A DNA stretch of 64,000 bases. Source: an uncultured Chloroflexia bacterium (GTDB lineage Bacteria; Chloroflexota; Limnocylindria; Limnocylindrales; CSP1-4). Location of the stretch: positions 1,024,001 through 1,088,000 of the forward strand of contig CAVVJT010000010.1 in the NCBI GenBank assembly GCA_963748625.1. The letters are read 5' to 3'. Both the position numbers and the translations under genes were made by a program. The notes beneath the pieces are model-generated. The model did no database searches, was not told the DNA's origin, and saw only the letters and a list, made by a program, of their open reading frames with translations. This document shows, piece after piece, positions 31,111 to 40,310 of this stretch (position 1 is its first letter; the number at the start of each line of letters is the position of its first letter).

Positions 31111-32376
31111 GTGCCCTCGACCGATCTTGCGCGCCGTGCCGTCATCACCGGCCTCGGGGCCGTCATGCCCATCGGCAATGACTTCGAGACCTACTGGACG
31201 AACCTCCAGAACGCGGTGACCGGCACCCGGTTGATCCAGTCCTTCGACGCGTCCGAGTTCGAGGTCCAGATCGCCGCCGAGGTGCTGGACTTCGACCCGG
31301 CTGCCGCCATGGACCGCAAGATGGCCAAGCGGATGAGCCGCTTCATCCACCTCGCGATGGCCGCGGGCAAGCAGGCGGTGGCCAACTCCGGGCTGGACTT
31401 CGAGGCGATGACCGTCGAGGAGCGCGACCGCGTGGGCGTGGTCGTGAACACCGGCGGTGGCGGCATCGAGTCGATCATCGACGGGACACATGTCGCAGAC
31501 ACCAAGGGCCCCCGGTTCGTGTCCGCGTTCGCGATCCCGGCCCTGTCGGGCTCGATGGCCAGCTGCATGCTCTCGATGGAGTACAAGCTCACGGGTCCCG
31601 TGATGACCCAGGTGGCCGCGTGCGCCACGTCGGTCATCGCCTTCCACGACGCGCTGCGCCTGATCCAGACCGGCGAGTGCGACGTGGTCCTCGCGGGTGG
31701 CTCCGAGGCGCCGATCTGGCCGATGGGCGTCGCGGCCCTGGCGAACATGACCGCGCTCTCCAAGCGCAACGACTCGCCGGAGACGGCATCACGCCCGTTC
31801 GACGCGACCCGCGACGGGTTCGTGCTCGGCGAAGGCGCGGGTGTGGTCGTGGTGGAGTCGGCGGAGCATGCGCTCCGGCGCGGTGCCACGCCCATCGCCG
31901 AGATCCTCGGTGGGGCGCTCACCGCCGACGCCTTCCACATCTCCGCGCCGGACCCCACGGGCCGTGGCCAGGCCCGCGCGATGGTCAACGCCCTGCGAGC
32001 CAGCGGCGTCGCCCCCGACGAGGTGGACTGGATCGTCGCCCACGGGACGTCCACGTCGCTCAACGACGTCACCGAGACGCGGGCCATCAAGGCGGCCTAC
32101 GGGTCGGCGGCGGCGACGCGGGCGATCTCGTCGCCCAAGTCGATGATCGGCCACCTCGTGGGCGCGGCCGGCATCGCGTCGGCGCTGGCGGCCATCGGCG
32201 GCATCCGGGACCAGGTGATCTCCCCCACCGCGAACCTGCACACGCCGGACCCCGAGTGCGACCTGGACTACGTGCCGCTCGTCGCGCGCCGGACCAAGGT
32301 GGACACGGTGGCGATCAACGGGTTCGGCTTCGGCGGCCAGAACGCGGTCACGGTCTTCCGCCGCTTCGAGGCGTAA
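31111..32376 (+). CDS. fabF: Beta-ketoacyl-ACP synthase II, copy 2
   Basis: AACATS, AHGTST, KSMIGHLVGAAG, FGFGGQN. Confidence 0.93.
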   Translation: MPSTDLARRAVITGLGAVMPIGNDFETYWTNLQNAVTGTRLIQSFDASEFEVQIAAEVLDFDPAAAMDRKMAKRMSRFIHLAMAAGKQAVANSGLDFEAMTVEERDRVGVVVNTGGGGIESIIDGTHVADTKGPRFVSAFAIPALSGSMASCMLSMEYKLTGPVMTQVAACATSVIAFHDALRLIQTGECDVVLAGGSEAPIWPMGVAALANMTALSKRNDSPETASRPFDATRDGFVLGEGAGVVVVESAEHALRRGATPIAEILGGALTADAFHISAPDPTGRGQARAMVNALRASGVAPDEVDWIVAHGTSTSLNDVTETRAIKAAYGSAAATRAISSPKSMIGHLVGAAGIASALAAIGGIRDQVISPTANLHTPDPECDLDYVPLVARRTKVDTVAINGFGFGGQNAVTVFRRFEA

Positions 32377-32384
32377 CCGGCCCG

Positions 32385-32591
32385 TCAGGAGGGCAGCCGG
32401 GTCCCGCAGCCGCAGAGCACGAGATTGAGGAAGACGGCGATCGCGGTGATTCCGATTGCCAGGATCGCCCCGATCCAGATCGCTGCCCGGACCCAGTCCC
32501 GCGTCGAGGCGGTTCCCGGTTCGGCGGCGCCGCCCGGTTCGGCGGCGCCGCCCGGTTCGCTGATGATCTCCGTCACCGGTGACCCCTCCAT
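32385..32591 (-). CDS. Small putative membrane protein
   Basis: One hydrophobic helix AAIWIGAILAIGITAIAVFLNLVL; EPGGAA repeat from an 18-bp duplication. Confidence 0.45.
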   Translation of the reverse strand: MEGSPVTEIISEPGGAAEPGGAAEPGTASTRDWVRAAIWIGAILAIGITAIAVFLNLVLCGCGTRLPS

Positions 32592-32648
32592 GTGTCGGTC
32601 GCGGACCCCCGTACGACGCCTGCAATCCCCGCCCTGCTGCGCGGCCCG

Positions 32649-33152
32649 TCAGCGGAGCGGCCGACCCTCGTAGGCCTCGAGCTTCGCAAGCGTGGCGTCC
32701 GGGATCGCCATCGGGCGCTCCGTCGCGTAGTCATACAGGACCAGCACGTCCTCCGCGGTGGCGACCAGGCGCGCGTGACCCCGTGCGTTCTCCTGCGCCG
32801 TGACCCGGTGCTCCATCGTGAACGACGTCCGGCCCAGCCGCCCGATCCGCGATTCCACCGTCAACGGTTCCCCGAAGTACGACGGTGAGCGGTACGTCAC
32901 CCGGATCTCGGCCAGGATCAGCGACTCCACCGCCCCGTGCGTGACCAGCGCGAACGGCACGCCAGTTGCCGCCTCCCAGTAGTCGAGGCGCGCGGACTCG
33001 CAGAACGTGAGGAACCGGGAGTTGTTGGTGTGACCCATCGCGTCGGTGTCGCCGAACCGGATGACCACGGGAAACCGGTGAGGAAAGTCTCCCGCCAGGT
33101 CGCGCGGGTCGTCGGGGACAGCAAGGCGGGAGTGGGCGGACAACTCGGTCAC
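32649..33152 (-). CDS. Acyl-CoA thioesterase (YbgC/4HBT hot-dog fold)
   Basis: IRFGDTDAMGHTNNSRFLTFCESAR, RLGRTSF. Confidence 0.88.
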   Translation of the reverse strand: MTELSAHSRLAVPDDPRDLAGDFPHRFPVVIRFGDTDAMGHTNNSRFLTFCESARLDYWEAATGVPFALVTHGAVESLILAEIRVTYRSPSYFGEPLTVESRIGRLGRTSFTMEHRVTAQENARGHARLVATAEDVLVLYDYATERPMAIPDATLAKLEAYEGRPLR

Positions 33153-33215
33153 AGGCGTGAGTCTACGACGCCGCCGACGGGTGGATACAGGACTAGACTC
33201 GAGCGCGGAGGACCC

Positions 33216-33656
33216 ATGCGCCGAACCGTCACCGTCGTCATCACCCTGGCGGTTGCAGCCCTGTGCACCGGATGCGGTCAAGTCCAGGGCCTGCTCGCCC
33301 AGCCGTTCGTCGGCGAGCTGTCGGACTGCAGCCCGCAAATCGAGGCGACGCTGTGTCGCCGCATCGCCGAGGCAGCCGTCTTTTCGATCAAGGGCCCGGC
33401 AGTCGCAGCTGACGGCCTCAGCGTGAGCCAGTGGGACTCGTGCCAGAACGAGCAGGTCGTCGGCTTCGCGTCCGGTGCCGCCCAGGGAAAGGTCTGCTAC
33501 TCCGTCATGGGCTCCGGGTACGCCGGCGGCGAGCGCCTGGCCCCGAACACCTATCGAGGCGGCACGCCGGTCGAGATCGAGGCCGTCGTGTGGTCGGACA
33601 AGGACGGCACCCTCCAAGCCGCGGTCAAGGCAACGCCGGTCGAGATGGTGCCGTAG
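33216..33656 (+). CDS. Putative lipoprotein
   Basis: GGAGG SD; MRRTVTVVITLAVAALCTGC lipobox-like signal. Confidence 0.6.
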   Translation: MRRTVTVVITLAVAALCTGCGQVQGLLAQPFVGELSDCSPQIEATLCRRIAEAAVFSIKGPAVAADGLSVSQWDSCQNEQVVGFASGAAQGKVCYSVMGSGYAGGERLAPNTYRGGTPVEIEAVVWSDKDGTLQAAVKATPVEMVP

Positions 33657-33711
33657 CTCTGCCCGGGTGCCGGGGCCGACACGAAGCACGACACCCGGCA
33701 CCTCCGAGACG

Positions 33712-33802
33712 TCAGCGAGCCGCGCCCGCCGCCGTCGCCTCCTCGACCTCGACCAGGCGGCCCGTCGTCACGTCGTAGACGTAGCCGTAGACCGGGATCG
33801 AC
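33712..33802 (-). pseudogene. C-terminal remnant of a beta-class carbonic anhydrase
   Basis: Manual translation SIPVYGYVYDVTTGRLVEVEEATAAGAAR*, the typical GYxYDVxTGRL end of beta-CAs; 5' part absent, repeat element abuts. Confidence 0.7.
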
Positions 33803-33804
33803 GG

Positions 33805-34007
33805 GGCCTCGCGGCCTCGGTGGGGCTTCGGAAGCCGGCCTCGCGGCCTCGGTGGGGCTTCGGAAGCCCCGGTTTCCGCCATCAATGGTCGTCATGGGGC
33901 CTCCGGAGCCCCGAAACAACCACGAGGGCCACGTCTCGGCGTCGAAGTGGGGCACCAGGAGCCCCGAAACGGCGCCCGAGGGTCGCAGGTGGGGCTTCGG
34001 AAGCCCC
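33805..34007. repeat. Array of four GGGGC-N7-GCCCC boxes (copy 2, inverted relative to copy 1) plus a 32-bp tandem duplication at its left end
   Basis: Boxes at 33854, 33896, 33949, 33991 (42/53/42); duplication 33805-33836/33837-33868. Confidence 0.85.
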
Positions 34008-34057
34008 GGCGCGGGCACAGGCCCGCCACAGGGCGCGGGGCCCGCCTGCGCCGTCAC

Positions 34058-36760
34058 CTACTTCGCGGCGACCACCTCGAGCATGCCGATCTCGGCCTCC
34101 TCGGGGAGCATGCCCATCACCATGTAGCTGCCGGGCTCCGAGAGCTGGAACCGCAGCGACACCGTCTGGCCGGGCCGAGCCACCACGTCCATGTTGGGGA
34201 TGCCCTCGACGGCCCAGTCGCGGACGACGGTGTCCGCGTTGAGGAACGTGAGGACGTGCCACTCGCCGGCGGTGACCATGACCTCCTCGGGGAAGATCCC
34301 GTCGGCGGTGGCGGTCACGGTGATCGTCGGCAGGGACGCGTTCACTGCGCGGTCCGCCGCGAGCACGCCGCCCGCCAGCGCCAGGCCGACCAGCCCGATC
34401 ACGAGCAGGAACGCGCCGTCGCGGAGCACGCCCACCGGGCCGCGCCGCAGCTGCTGCACGTGGCCGGGTCGCACATCCACCTTGCGCAAGCGCAGCGAGT
34501 TCGTCACGACCGACACGCTCGACAGCGCCATCGCGGCCGCCGCGAGGGCCGGATTGAGCGTGATCCCGAATGCCGGGTAGAGCACGCCCATCGCCACCGG
34601 GATCAGCAGCACGTTGTAGGCGAACGCCCAGAACAGGTTCTGGCGGATCACACGGATCGTCGCCTTCGAGAGCCCGATGGCAGATGCGACCAGGCGCGGA
34701 TCCCCGCCGATCAGCGTGATGTCGGACGCCTCGATCGCCACGTCGGCGCCGGTGCCGATCGCCACGCCCAGGTCCGCACGAGCCAGCGCGGGCGCGTCGT
34801 TGATGCCGTCGCCGACCATCGCGACCTTGCGGCCCTCGGCCTGGAGGCGCTCGATCATCGCGTCCTTGTCGCCCGGCAGCACCTCGGCGATCACGCGGTC
34901 AGCGGGGATGCCAACCTGGCGCGCGACGGCCTCCGCGGTTGCCCGCTGGTCGCCGGTGAGGAGCCAGACGGCCAGGCCGGCGTCGTGGAGCTGGCGGACT
35001 GCCTCGGCGGACTCGGCCTTGACCGGATCCGTGATCCCGACCATGCCGGCGGCGGTCGTGTCGACTGCGACGTAGACGACGGTCCCGCCGTCGGCCGCGA
35101 TGGCGTTTGCCGCCTCCGCGAGGGTGGAGAGGTCGATGCCACGCTCCTCGAGCATGCGCCGGCTGCCCACGATGACCTCGGCCCCGTCGATGAGGCCGCG
35201 GACGCCGCGCCCGACGATCGCCTCGAAGCCGTCGGCCTTCGCGAAGCCGAGCTCTGTCTCGCGCGCCTTGCGCACGATCGCCTCGCCCAGCGGGTGCTCG
35301 GAGCCGGTCTCCAGGGAGGCGGCCAGGTCGAGCACGCGGGCCTCGTCGAACCCGCCGGTGGCGACGACCGCCGTGACCGCGGGCCGCCCCAGCGTGAGCG
35401 TGCCGGTCTTGTCCATGACGACGGTGTCGATGCGGCCGGCCGCCTCGAGCGCCTCGCCACCGCGGACCAGGATGCCCACCTCGGCGCCCTTGCCGGTGCC
35501 GACCATGATCGCGGTTGGCGTCGCGAGACCCATGGCGCACGGGCACGCGATGATCACCACGCCGATGAAGGCGGTGAGCGCCAGCGTGAACCGCGGCTCC
35601 GGCCCAAGGACGAACCAGATCAGGAAGGTGGCTGCGGCGACCAGGAGGACGGCCGGCACGAAGATCTCGGAGATGCGGTCGGCCATGCGCTGGATCGGGG
35701 CCTTGGAGCCCTGCGCGCGCTGGACCAGTTCCACGATGCGGGCGAGCGCGGTCTCGCTGCCGACGCGCGTGGCGCGCATCACGAAGGAGCCCGTGGTGTT
35801 GATGGTGGCGCCGATGACCTCGTCGCCCGGGTTCTTGGTCGCCGGGATCGGCTCGCCGGTGAGCATCGACTCGTCGATGGCGCTCATGCCCTCGACGACC
35901 ACGCCGTCGACCGGCACCTTGTCGCCGGGGCGGACGCGCAGGAGGTCGCCCGGGACGACGACCGCGAGATCGACGTCCTCCTCGACGCCGTTGGCGATGC
36001 GGCGGGCGGTCGTGGCCTGGAGGCCGACGAGGCGGCGGATGGCGCCGGTGGTGCGGCCCTTCGCGCGCGCCTCGAGCCACTTCCCGAGCAGGATCAGGCC
36101 CAGGATGATCGTGGCCGAGTCGAAGTAGGTCTCCGCGTGCAGGCCGGCCGCGTGGATGACCTCCGGCCACATTGTCACGAAGACGGAGTAGCCCCAGGCG
36201 GCGCTCGTGCCGACGGCGACGAGCGTGTCCATCGTCGCGCCGCCGTGCTTGCCGGCCCGCCAGGCGTGCTGGTAGAAGCGGCCGCCCGCCCAGAACTGGA
36301 TGAACGTGGCGGGCCACAGGATGAACTTGTTGATCTCCACCATGCCGATGACGGTCTGGGGGACGAACATCAGGAGCATGAACACGACGGCGGCGCCGAT
36401 CGACACGAGCGCCATCCGCAGCGTCTCGCGCTGGGCCTTCTCGCGCTCGAGGTCCTCCTCGGTCATCTCCAGCTCGAGGGCGGCGGTGCCGGTGGGGGCG
36501 TCGGCGGCGGCGGGGGCGGCCTCGGCCTTGACCTCGTAGCCCGCGGCCTCGACGGCCTTGACCAGCTCCTCGCGCCCGGCAGCCGCGGGGTTGATGCGGA
36601 CCGTCGCCTTCTCGGTGGCGAGGTTGACCGCGGCCTCCTCCACGCCCGGCGTCTTCTTGAGGAATCGCTCGATGCGGTTCACGCAGGACGCGCAGGTCAT
36701 GCCCTCGATGGGCAGGATGATCTCGATGGTGGGGAGGTCGGCGGGGACGCTGGTATTCAT
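34058..36760 (-). CDS. copA: Cu(I)-translocating P1B-type ATPase with extra C-terminal TM + cupredoxin-like domain
   Basis: GMTCASC HMA, TGE, ACPC, DKTGT, SEHPL, GDGIND, YN, MALSS. Confidence 0.92.
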   Translation of the reverse strand: MNTSVPADLPTIEIILPIEGMTCASCVNRIERFLKKTPGVEEAAVNLATEKATVRINPAAAGREELVKAVEAAGYEVKAEAAPAAADAPTGTAALELEMTEEDLEREKAQRETLRMALVSIGAAVVFMLLMFVPQTVIGMVEINKFILWPATFIQFWAGGRFYQHAWRAGKHGGATMDTLVAVGTSAAWGYSVFVTMWPEVIHAAGLHAETYFDSATIILGLILLGKWLEARAKGRTTGAIRRLVGLQATTARRIANGVEEDVDLAVVVPGDLLRVRPGDKVPVDGVVVEGMSAIDESMLTGEPIPATKNPGDEVIGATINTTGSFVMRATRVGSETALARIVELVQRAQGSKAPIQRMADRISEIFVPAVLLVAAATFLIWFVLGPEPRFTLALTAFIGVVIIACPCAMGLATPTAIMVGTGKGAEVGILVRGGEALEAAGRIDTVVMDKTGTLTLGRPAVTAVVATGGFDEARVLDLAASLETGSEHPLGEAIVRKARETELGFAKADGFEAIVGRGVRGLIDGAEVIVGSRRMLEERGIDLSTLAEAANAIAADGGTVVYVAVDTTAAGMVGITDPVKAESAEAVRQLHDAGLAVWLLTGDQRATAEAVARQVGIPADRVIAEVLPGDKDAMIERLQAEGRKVAMVGDGINDAPALARADLGVAIGTGADVAIEASDITLIGGDPRLVASAIGLSKATIRVIRQNLFWAFAYNVLLIPVAMGVLYPAFGITLNPALAAAAMALSSVSVVTNSLRLRKVDVRPGHVQQLRRGPVGVLRDGAFLLVIGLVGLALAGGVLAADRAVNASLPTITVTATADGIFPEEVMVTAGEWHVLTFLNADTVVRDWAVEGIPNMDVVARPGQTVSLRFQLSEPGSYMVMGMLPEEAEIGMLEVVAAK

Positions 36761-36776
36761 ACTATGGGGGAGTATA
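36759..36776. promoter_or_regulatory. CsoR/RcnR-type operator overlapping the -10 box and start of copA
   Basis: TACT-ATGGGGG-AGTA (36760-36774), an inverted repeat around a G-tract; minus-strand TATACT at 36771-36776. Confidence 0.6.
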
Positions 36777-37015
36777 GAGGCGAGCATGCGCGGGCGATCC
36801 TCAAGACTGGCTCAACGTGCTCGCCCTGGGCCCGGGCCGCTGGTTCGGTGGCACCGAACGGTTTCGCGCGCTCAGCGCCGGATGCTCGGCCCCACCGATC
36901 AATTCGACGGGTTCCGCGTGGTCGCGATCCCCCCAGACCCTCCGAGACGTACCGACCGATCGGCCACACCCGCTCGGCCGTTGCCGCTTCGACAGCATGC
37001 CGTTATGCTGGCCTC

Positions 37016-37264
37016 ATGGCCGACAAGAAGAAGGTGACCCTCTACGTCGATGCGGAGGTGATGCGTGCCGCGCGCGTCCGGGCGGCGCGGACGGACCGGC
37101 GCGACTCCGAGGTCGTCGAGGAGGCACTGCGCGCGTACCTGGGGTTCGACGTGCTCGCGAGCGTCTGGGCCAGGAGCGTCCTGACGGAGGACGAGGCGAT
37201 GGCGCTCGCTGTCGAGGCCACGCACGAGGTGCGGGCGGAGCGGCGTGACGCGCGCGGTTCTTGA
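37016..37264 (+). CDS. Ribbon-helix-helix (CopG-like) antitoxin
   Basis: KKKVTLYVDAEVMRAARVRAA...SEVVEEALRAYL; overlaps the PIN gene. Confidence 0.8.
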   Translation: MADKKKVTLYVDAEVMRAARVRAARTDRRDSEVVEEALRAYLGFDVLASVWARSVLTEDEAMALAVEATHEVRAERRDARGS

Positions 37265-37658
37265 CACCGATGTCCTCGTCTCGGCGCTGATCAGCCCGGG
37301 CGGTCCCAGCGCGGCACTCCTCCTCGAGCTGCGGGCCGGCGCCTTCGAGCTGGTCGTCTCGCCGCTGCTGCTCGAGGAGCTCGAGGACGTCCTCGCGCGG
37401 CCCAAGCTCCGCACCTGGGTCACGCCGGCCGAGGCGGCCGCCTACCTCGCCGTGATCCGCGAGGAGTCGATCCTCTACGCCGATCCCCCACCGAGCGGAG
37501 CCGCTCTGTGCGCAGATCCCGACGACGAGTTCCTCATCGATCTCGCCCGATCCGCGGGCGCGGACGCGATCGTGTCGGGTGACAGGCATCTCCTCGACTT
37601 GCGACCGATGCTGCCGGTGCTGTCACCAGCCGAGTTCCTTGCAACGCTGACCGCGTGA
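37245..37658 (+). CDS. PIN-domain toxin
   Basis: RAVLDTDVLVSAL, CADPDDEFL, IVSGDRHLL. Confidence 0.88.
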   Translation: MTRAVLDTDVLVSALISPGGPSAALLLELRAGAFELVVSPLLLEELEDVLARPKLRTWVTPAEAAAYLAVIREESILYADPPPSGAALCADPDDEFLIDLARSAGADAIVSGDRHLLDLRPMLPVLSPAEFLATLTA

Positions 37659-37860
37659 GGTCAGGCCCTCCGCACATTCTCGCGGTGCACGCCAGGCAAT
37701 TCTCTCGAGCCCTGATGCCGCGCCGTTGGTTCGCGTGCATGGTCTCGACCAGTTCGGACCTGTTTCGGGCCGAATCGCGTCGTCGTGTTGCACCGCGTGC
37801 ACACCGACGGCTCACGATGCCCGAACTATTGCTTGGCGTGCACGCCGGCGGGCAGGGCGA

Positions 37861-38439
37861 TCACCGACCGCCGATGACCATCAAGCCCATTCGTCGCGCA
37901 GGTCGTCGAGCTCCCTGGGCGGGTAGGCACCAGCGAGGACGCCCAGGAACTTGTCGAGCGGATCCTCTGCGCGGATCAGCACGGCCTCGCCCGGGCCGCG
38001 GATATCGGCGCCGAGTGACTCGTGTCGGGGAGCCTGGGGCCGTGACGGCCCGCACCACCAGGCCCTCGATCCCCGTGAAGTCGTCCGGGTTCGCGGTGTA
38101 CAGCGGCAAGCCGGTCGCGAGTGCGGTGGCGGCGATCATGGCATCGAACGAGCGGGCGGCAGGCTTCCGGCCCGATCGCCGGAACGAGGCTGCCACCAGG
38201 CCGAAGGCTCGCGCGGCGGCAGCATCGAACGGGAGTGGATCGAAGTCGGCTTCCGCCTGCTGGACGGTGGCGAGACGGCGGGCGCGCTCCGCGTCATCGG
38301 TGGCGACCAGCGGGCCGACGGAGAGCTCAGCCAGGGTCACCGCCGAGATCAGGGCGATGTCCGGGAGGGCCGAGGCGTCGGCCAAGGCGTGCAGCGCCAG
38401 CACGACGCTCGTGTCGAGCAGGCCCTGCGGATCGCTCAC
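37861..38439 (-). CDS. vapC: VapC-family PIN toxin (long low-complexity C-terminal tail)
   Basis: GLLDTSVV, SAVTLAELSVG, FDAMIAATA, LYTANPDDF. Confidence 0.85.
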   Translation of the reverse strand: MSDPQGLLDTSVVLALHALADASALPDIALISAVTLAELSVGPLVATDDAERARRLATVQQAEADFDPLPFDAAAARAFGLVAASFRRSGRKPAARSFDAMIAATALATGLPLYTANPDDFTGIEGLVVRAVTAPGSPTRVTRRRYPRPGRGRADPRRGSARQVPGRPRWCLPAQGARRPARRMGLMVIGGR

Positions 38440-38672
38440 AGCGATTGGTCGATGACGTCGTCGATGTCGCGACGGAAGGCCTCGGCATCGATCGCCGGTA
38501 GGCGACGCCAGCGCTCCAGCAGCACTGCGGCCGTGATCCCCCGAGAGCGCAGGGGGCGCAACTCAGCGACCGGCCGGCCGTCCCGGGTCACGGTCACGTG
38601 CTCGCCCGCCTCGACGCGACCAACGACCTCACCGCCGTGATTGCGCAGGTCCCGGATCGTCACGGTCTCCAT
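38436..38672 (-). CDS. Phd/YefM-family antitoxin
   Basis: METVTIRDLRNHGGEVVGRVEAGEHVTVTRDGRPVAEL; stop overlaps the vapC start. Confidence 0.88.
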   Translation of the reverse strand: METVTIRDLRNHGGEVVGRVEAGEHVTVTRDGRPVAELRPLRSRGITAAVLLERWRRLPAIDAEAFRRDIDDVIDQSL

Positions 38673-38898
38673 GCGCGGCAGCGTATCACCGGTGAGACTC
38701 GCGTCAACCATGACGCAAGACCAGCGTGGAGCGGAGGGGAAGGGTGCGGCGGTTCCCCCCTTGCAGCGTGTCCCCCATCGGGCTGCTGCTGGCTGCCGCT
38801 CCCCACCCGGCGGTCGACCCCGCCCCTCCGTTCGCACGTTGGCCACCGGCGCGCGGCGGCCTACCCCGACGGTAGCCGCCCGAGCCCGGCTTGGGCAG

Positions 38899-38934
38899 TG
38901 GGGAGATCCCTATGCGCGAATAGGGAAAACCCTA
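38899..38934. promoter_or_regulatory. Paired TAGGG-N4-CCCTA palindromes (site 1)
   Basis: TGGGGAGATCCCTA at 38899 and TAGGGAAAACCCTA at 38921. Confidence 0.7.
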
Positions 38935-39489
38935 TGCGCCGGCTTGCTCGGCGGCCTCGCGGCAGCCGGGCCCGAGGTCGAACAGGGGAACCTTCTCGGT
39001 GGACGCGGGCAGCAGGACCAAGGTGTCGCACGGCACTTGGAGCCAGCCGCGGCCAGAGCCCCACGGGTCCTTCGTCGAGTCCTCGAGCAGTTCGACCGAC
39101 CCGGCCCCCAGGACCCGCCAGTAGTCCGTGACCGGGTCGCCCTCCACCGTCAGATGGGTGACGACGAATTCGGCGGGCTCCCCGGCGAGGTAGGCCTCCC
39201 AGAGACAGCGCCAACCCTCGGCGTTGACCGGTCCCATCTGGCCCGTCCCGCGCTCCTGCCCACACGAGGGGAGCTCGTCGCGATCGAGGATCACGGCGGG
39301 CGTGGTGGGCTGCAGTGTGGCCGTCGCCGATGCGGCCTGGTCGCCCGGCAGGGGACCGCACCCTGAAGCAAAGGCGACAAGACCCGTGGCCAGGCACGCT
39401 GCCAGGGCTGCAGAGCCGTGGAGGATTGCTCCACTTCCAGGTGACTTGGATTCCACTGGGCTGACCCTTCCCCGGGTGCACCCGGCCAT
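38932..39489 (-). CDS. Putative lipoprotein/secreted protein (start uncertain)
   Basis: Hydrophobic AALAACLATGLVAFASGC segment; TVEGDPVTDY motif. Confidence 0.55.
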   Translation of the reverse strand: MAGCTRGRVSPVESKSPGSGAILHGSAALAACLATGLVAFASGCGPLPGDQAASATATLQPTTPAVILDRDELPSCGQERGTGQMGPVNAEGWRCLWEAYLAGEPAEFVVTHLTVEGDPVTDYWRVLGAGSVELLEDSTKDPWGSGRGWLQVPCDTLVLLPASTEKVPLFDLGPGCREAAEQAGA

Positions 39490-39499
39490 CGGGCAGAGA

Positions 39500-39922
39500 C
39501 TACGGTTCGACGGTATTCACCATGAAGACCTCGTCGCGCAGGCAGCCAGCCGGGATTGGACGTGCGAGATCGACAACGCCAGATGGAGGCACGAACCCCC
39601 CACCCAACGCGACTTCCCCGTCCAGAACCACGGCGAACCTGCCGTCCGCCGAACGCAGGGTCCGTCCACTCGTCGTGTCCTGGAGGCTGAAACCCGCCGG
39701 CCAGACGGCGAGGTGGTCCTGCCCCTGGGCGTCCCGAACGACGAGGCAACCATCGGCGACCACCACATGGCCGTCGAGCCGTGCACCGAGACCGCCGCCC
39801 GCCACGGCGGCATTCGTCGAAGTGGCAACGAAGACGTCGGCGACCGACATCCCCGGCGAAGGACCGGAGCAGGCGGTGGCTGCAAGCGCCAGGAGGAGGA
39901 CTGCGGAGAACACCGCGTTCAT
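39500..39922 (-). CDS. Putative lipoprotein
   Basis: AVLLLALAATAC lipobox; GCLVV...VWPAG...GGG pattern. Confidence 0.65.
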   Translation of the reverse strand: MNAVFSAVLLLALAATACSGPSPGMSVADVFVATSTNAAVAGGGLGARLDGHVVVADGCLVVRDAQGQDHLAVWPAGFSLQDTTSGRTLRSADGRFAVVLDGEVALGGGFVPPSGVVDLARPIPAGCLRDEVFMVNTVEP

Positions 39923-40160
39923 TGCGTGAGTATGGTGATCATCGATGTCTCCTCCGGCCGGTGTCTTCCGCCCACCTCGTAGGTCCAAGTGCCGTTCGAG
40001 TAAGCGCGGATCTTGAGGTACGGGTAGCTCATGCTGAGGCAGCCACCGACTGGCACGCAGTTCTCCATCTGAGCTTGGCGGATTGAGTAGTGGCCCCCGT
40101 GAGAGTTGCCACTCCAGCTGAAGTCCCACTGATCGGAACTGAGCAGCCCGCAGTAGTGGG
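39919..40160 (-). pseudogene. Start-less C-terminal fragment of a probable secreted protein
   Basis: Manual translation HYCGLLSSDQWDFSWSGNSHGGHYSIRQAQMENCVPVGGCLSMSYPYLKIRAYSNGTWTYEVGG directly after an in-frame TAG; lower GC. Confidence 0.4.
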
Positions 40161-40258
40161 TCTACATGTTTTGACTCCCCTCACTGCTGTCGGACGCCAC
40201 CAGACAACCGTCGCACGATGAATCGCTGGCTGCAATTGGGTGGATCCCTGCCGACAAA

Positions 40259-40294
40259 TAGGGGAATCCCTACGTCCGGATAGGGACACCCCTA
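40259..40294. promoter_or_regulatory. Paired TAGGG-N4-CCCTA palindromes (site 2)
   Basis: TAGGGGAATCCCTA at 40259 and TAGGGACACCCCTA at 40281. Confidence 0.75.
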
Positions 40295-40310
40295 TGCCCT
40301 ATCCGCCTAC

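Noticed and set aside
37861-38040. C-terminal extension of VapC as an extra domain
   Set aside because: Low-complexity Arg/Pro/Gly sequence typical of read-through after a lost stop or indel.
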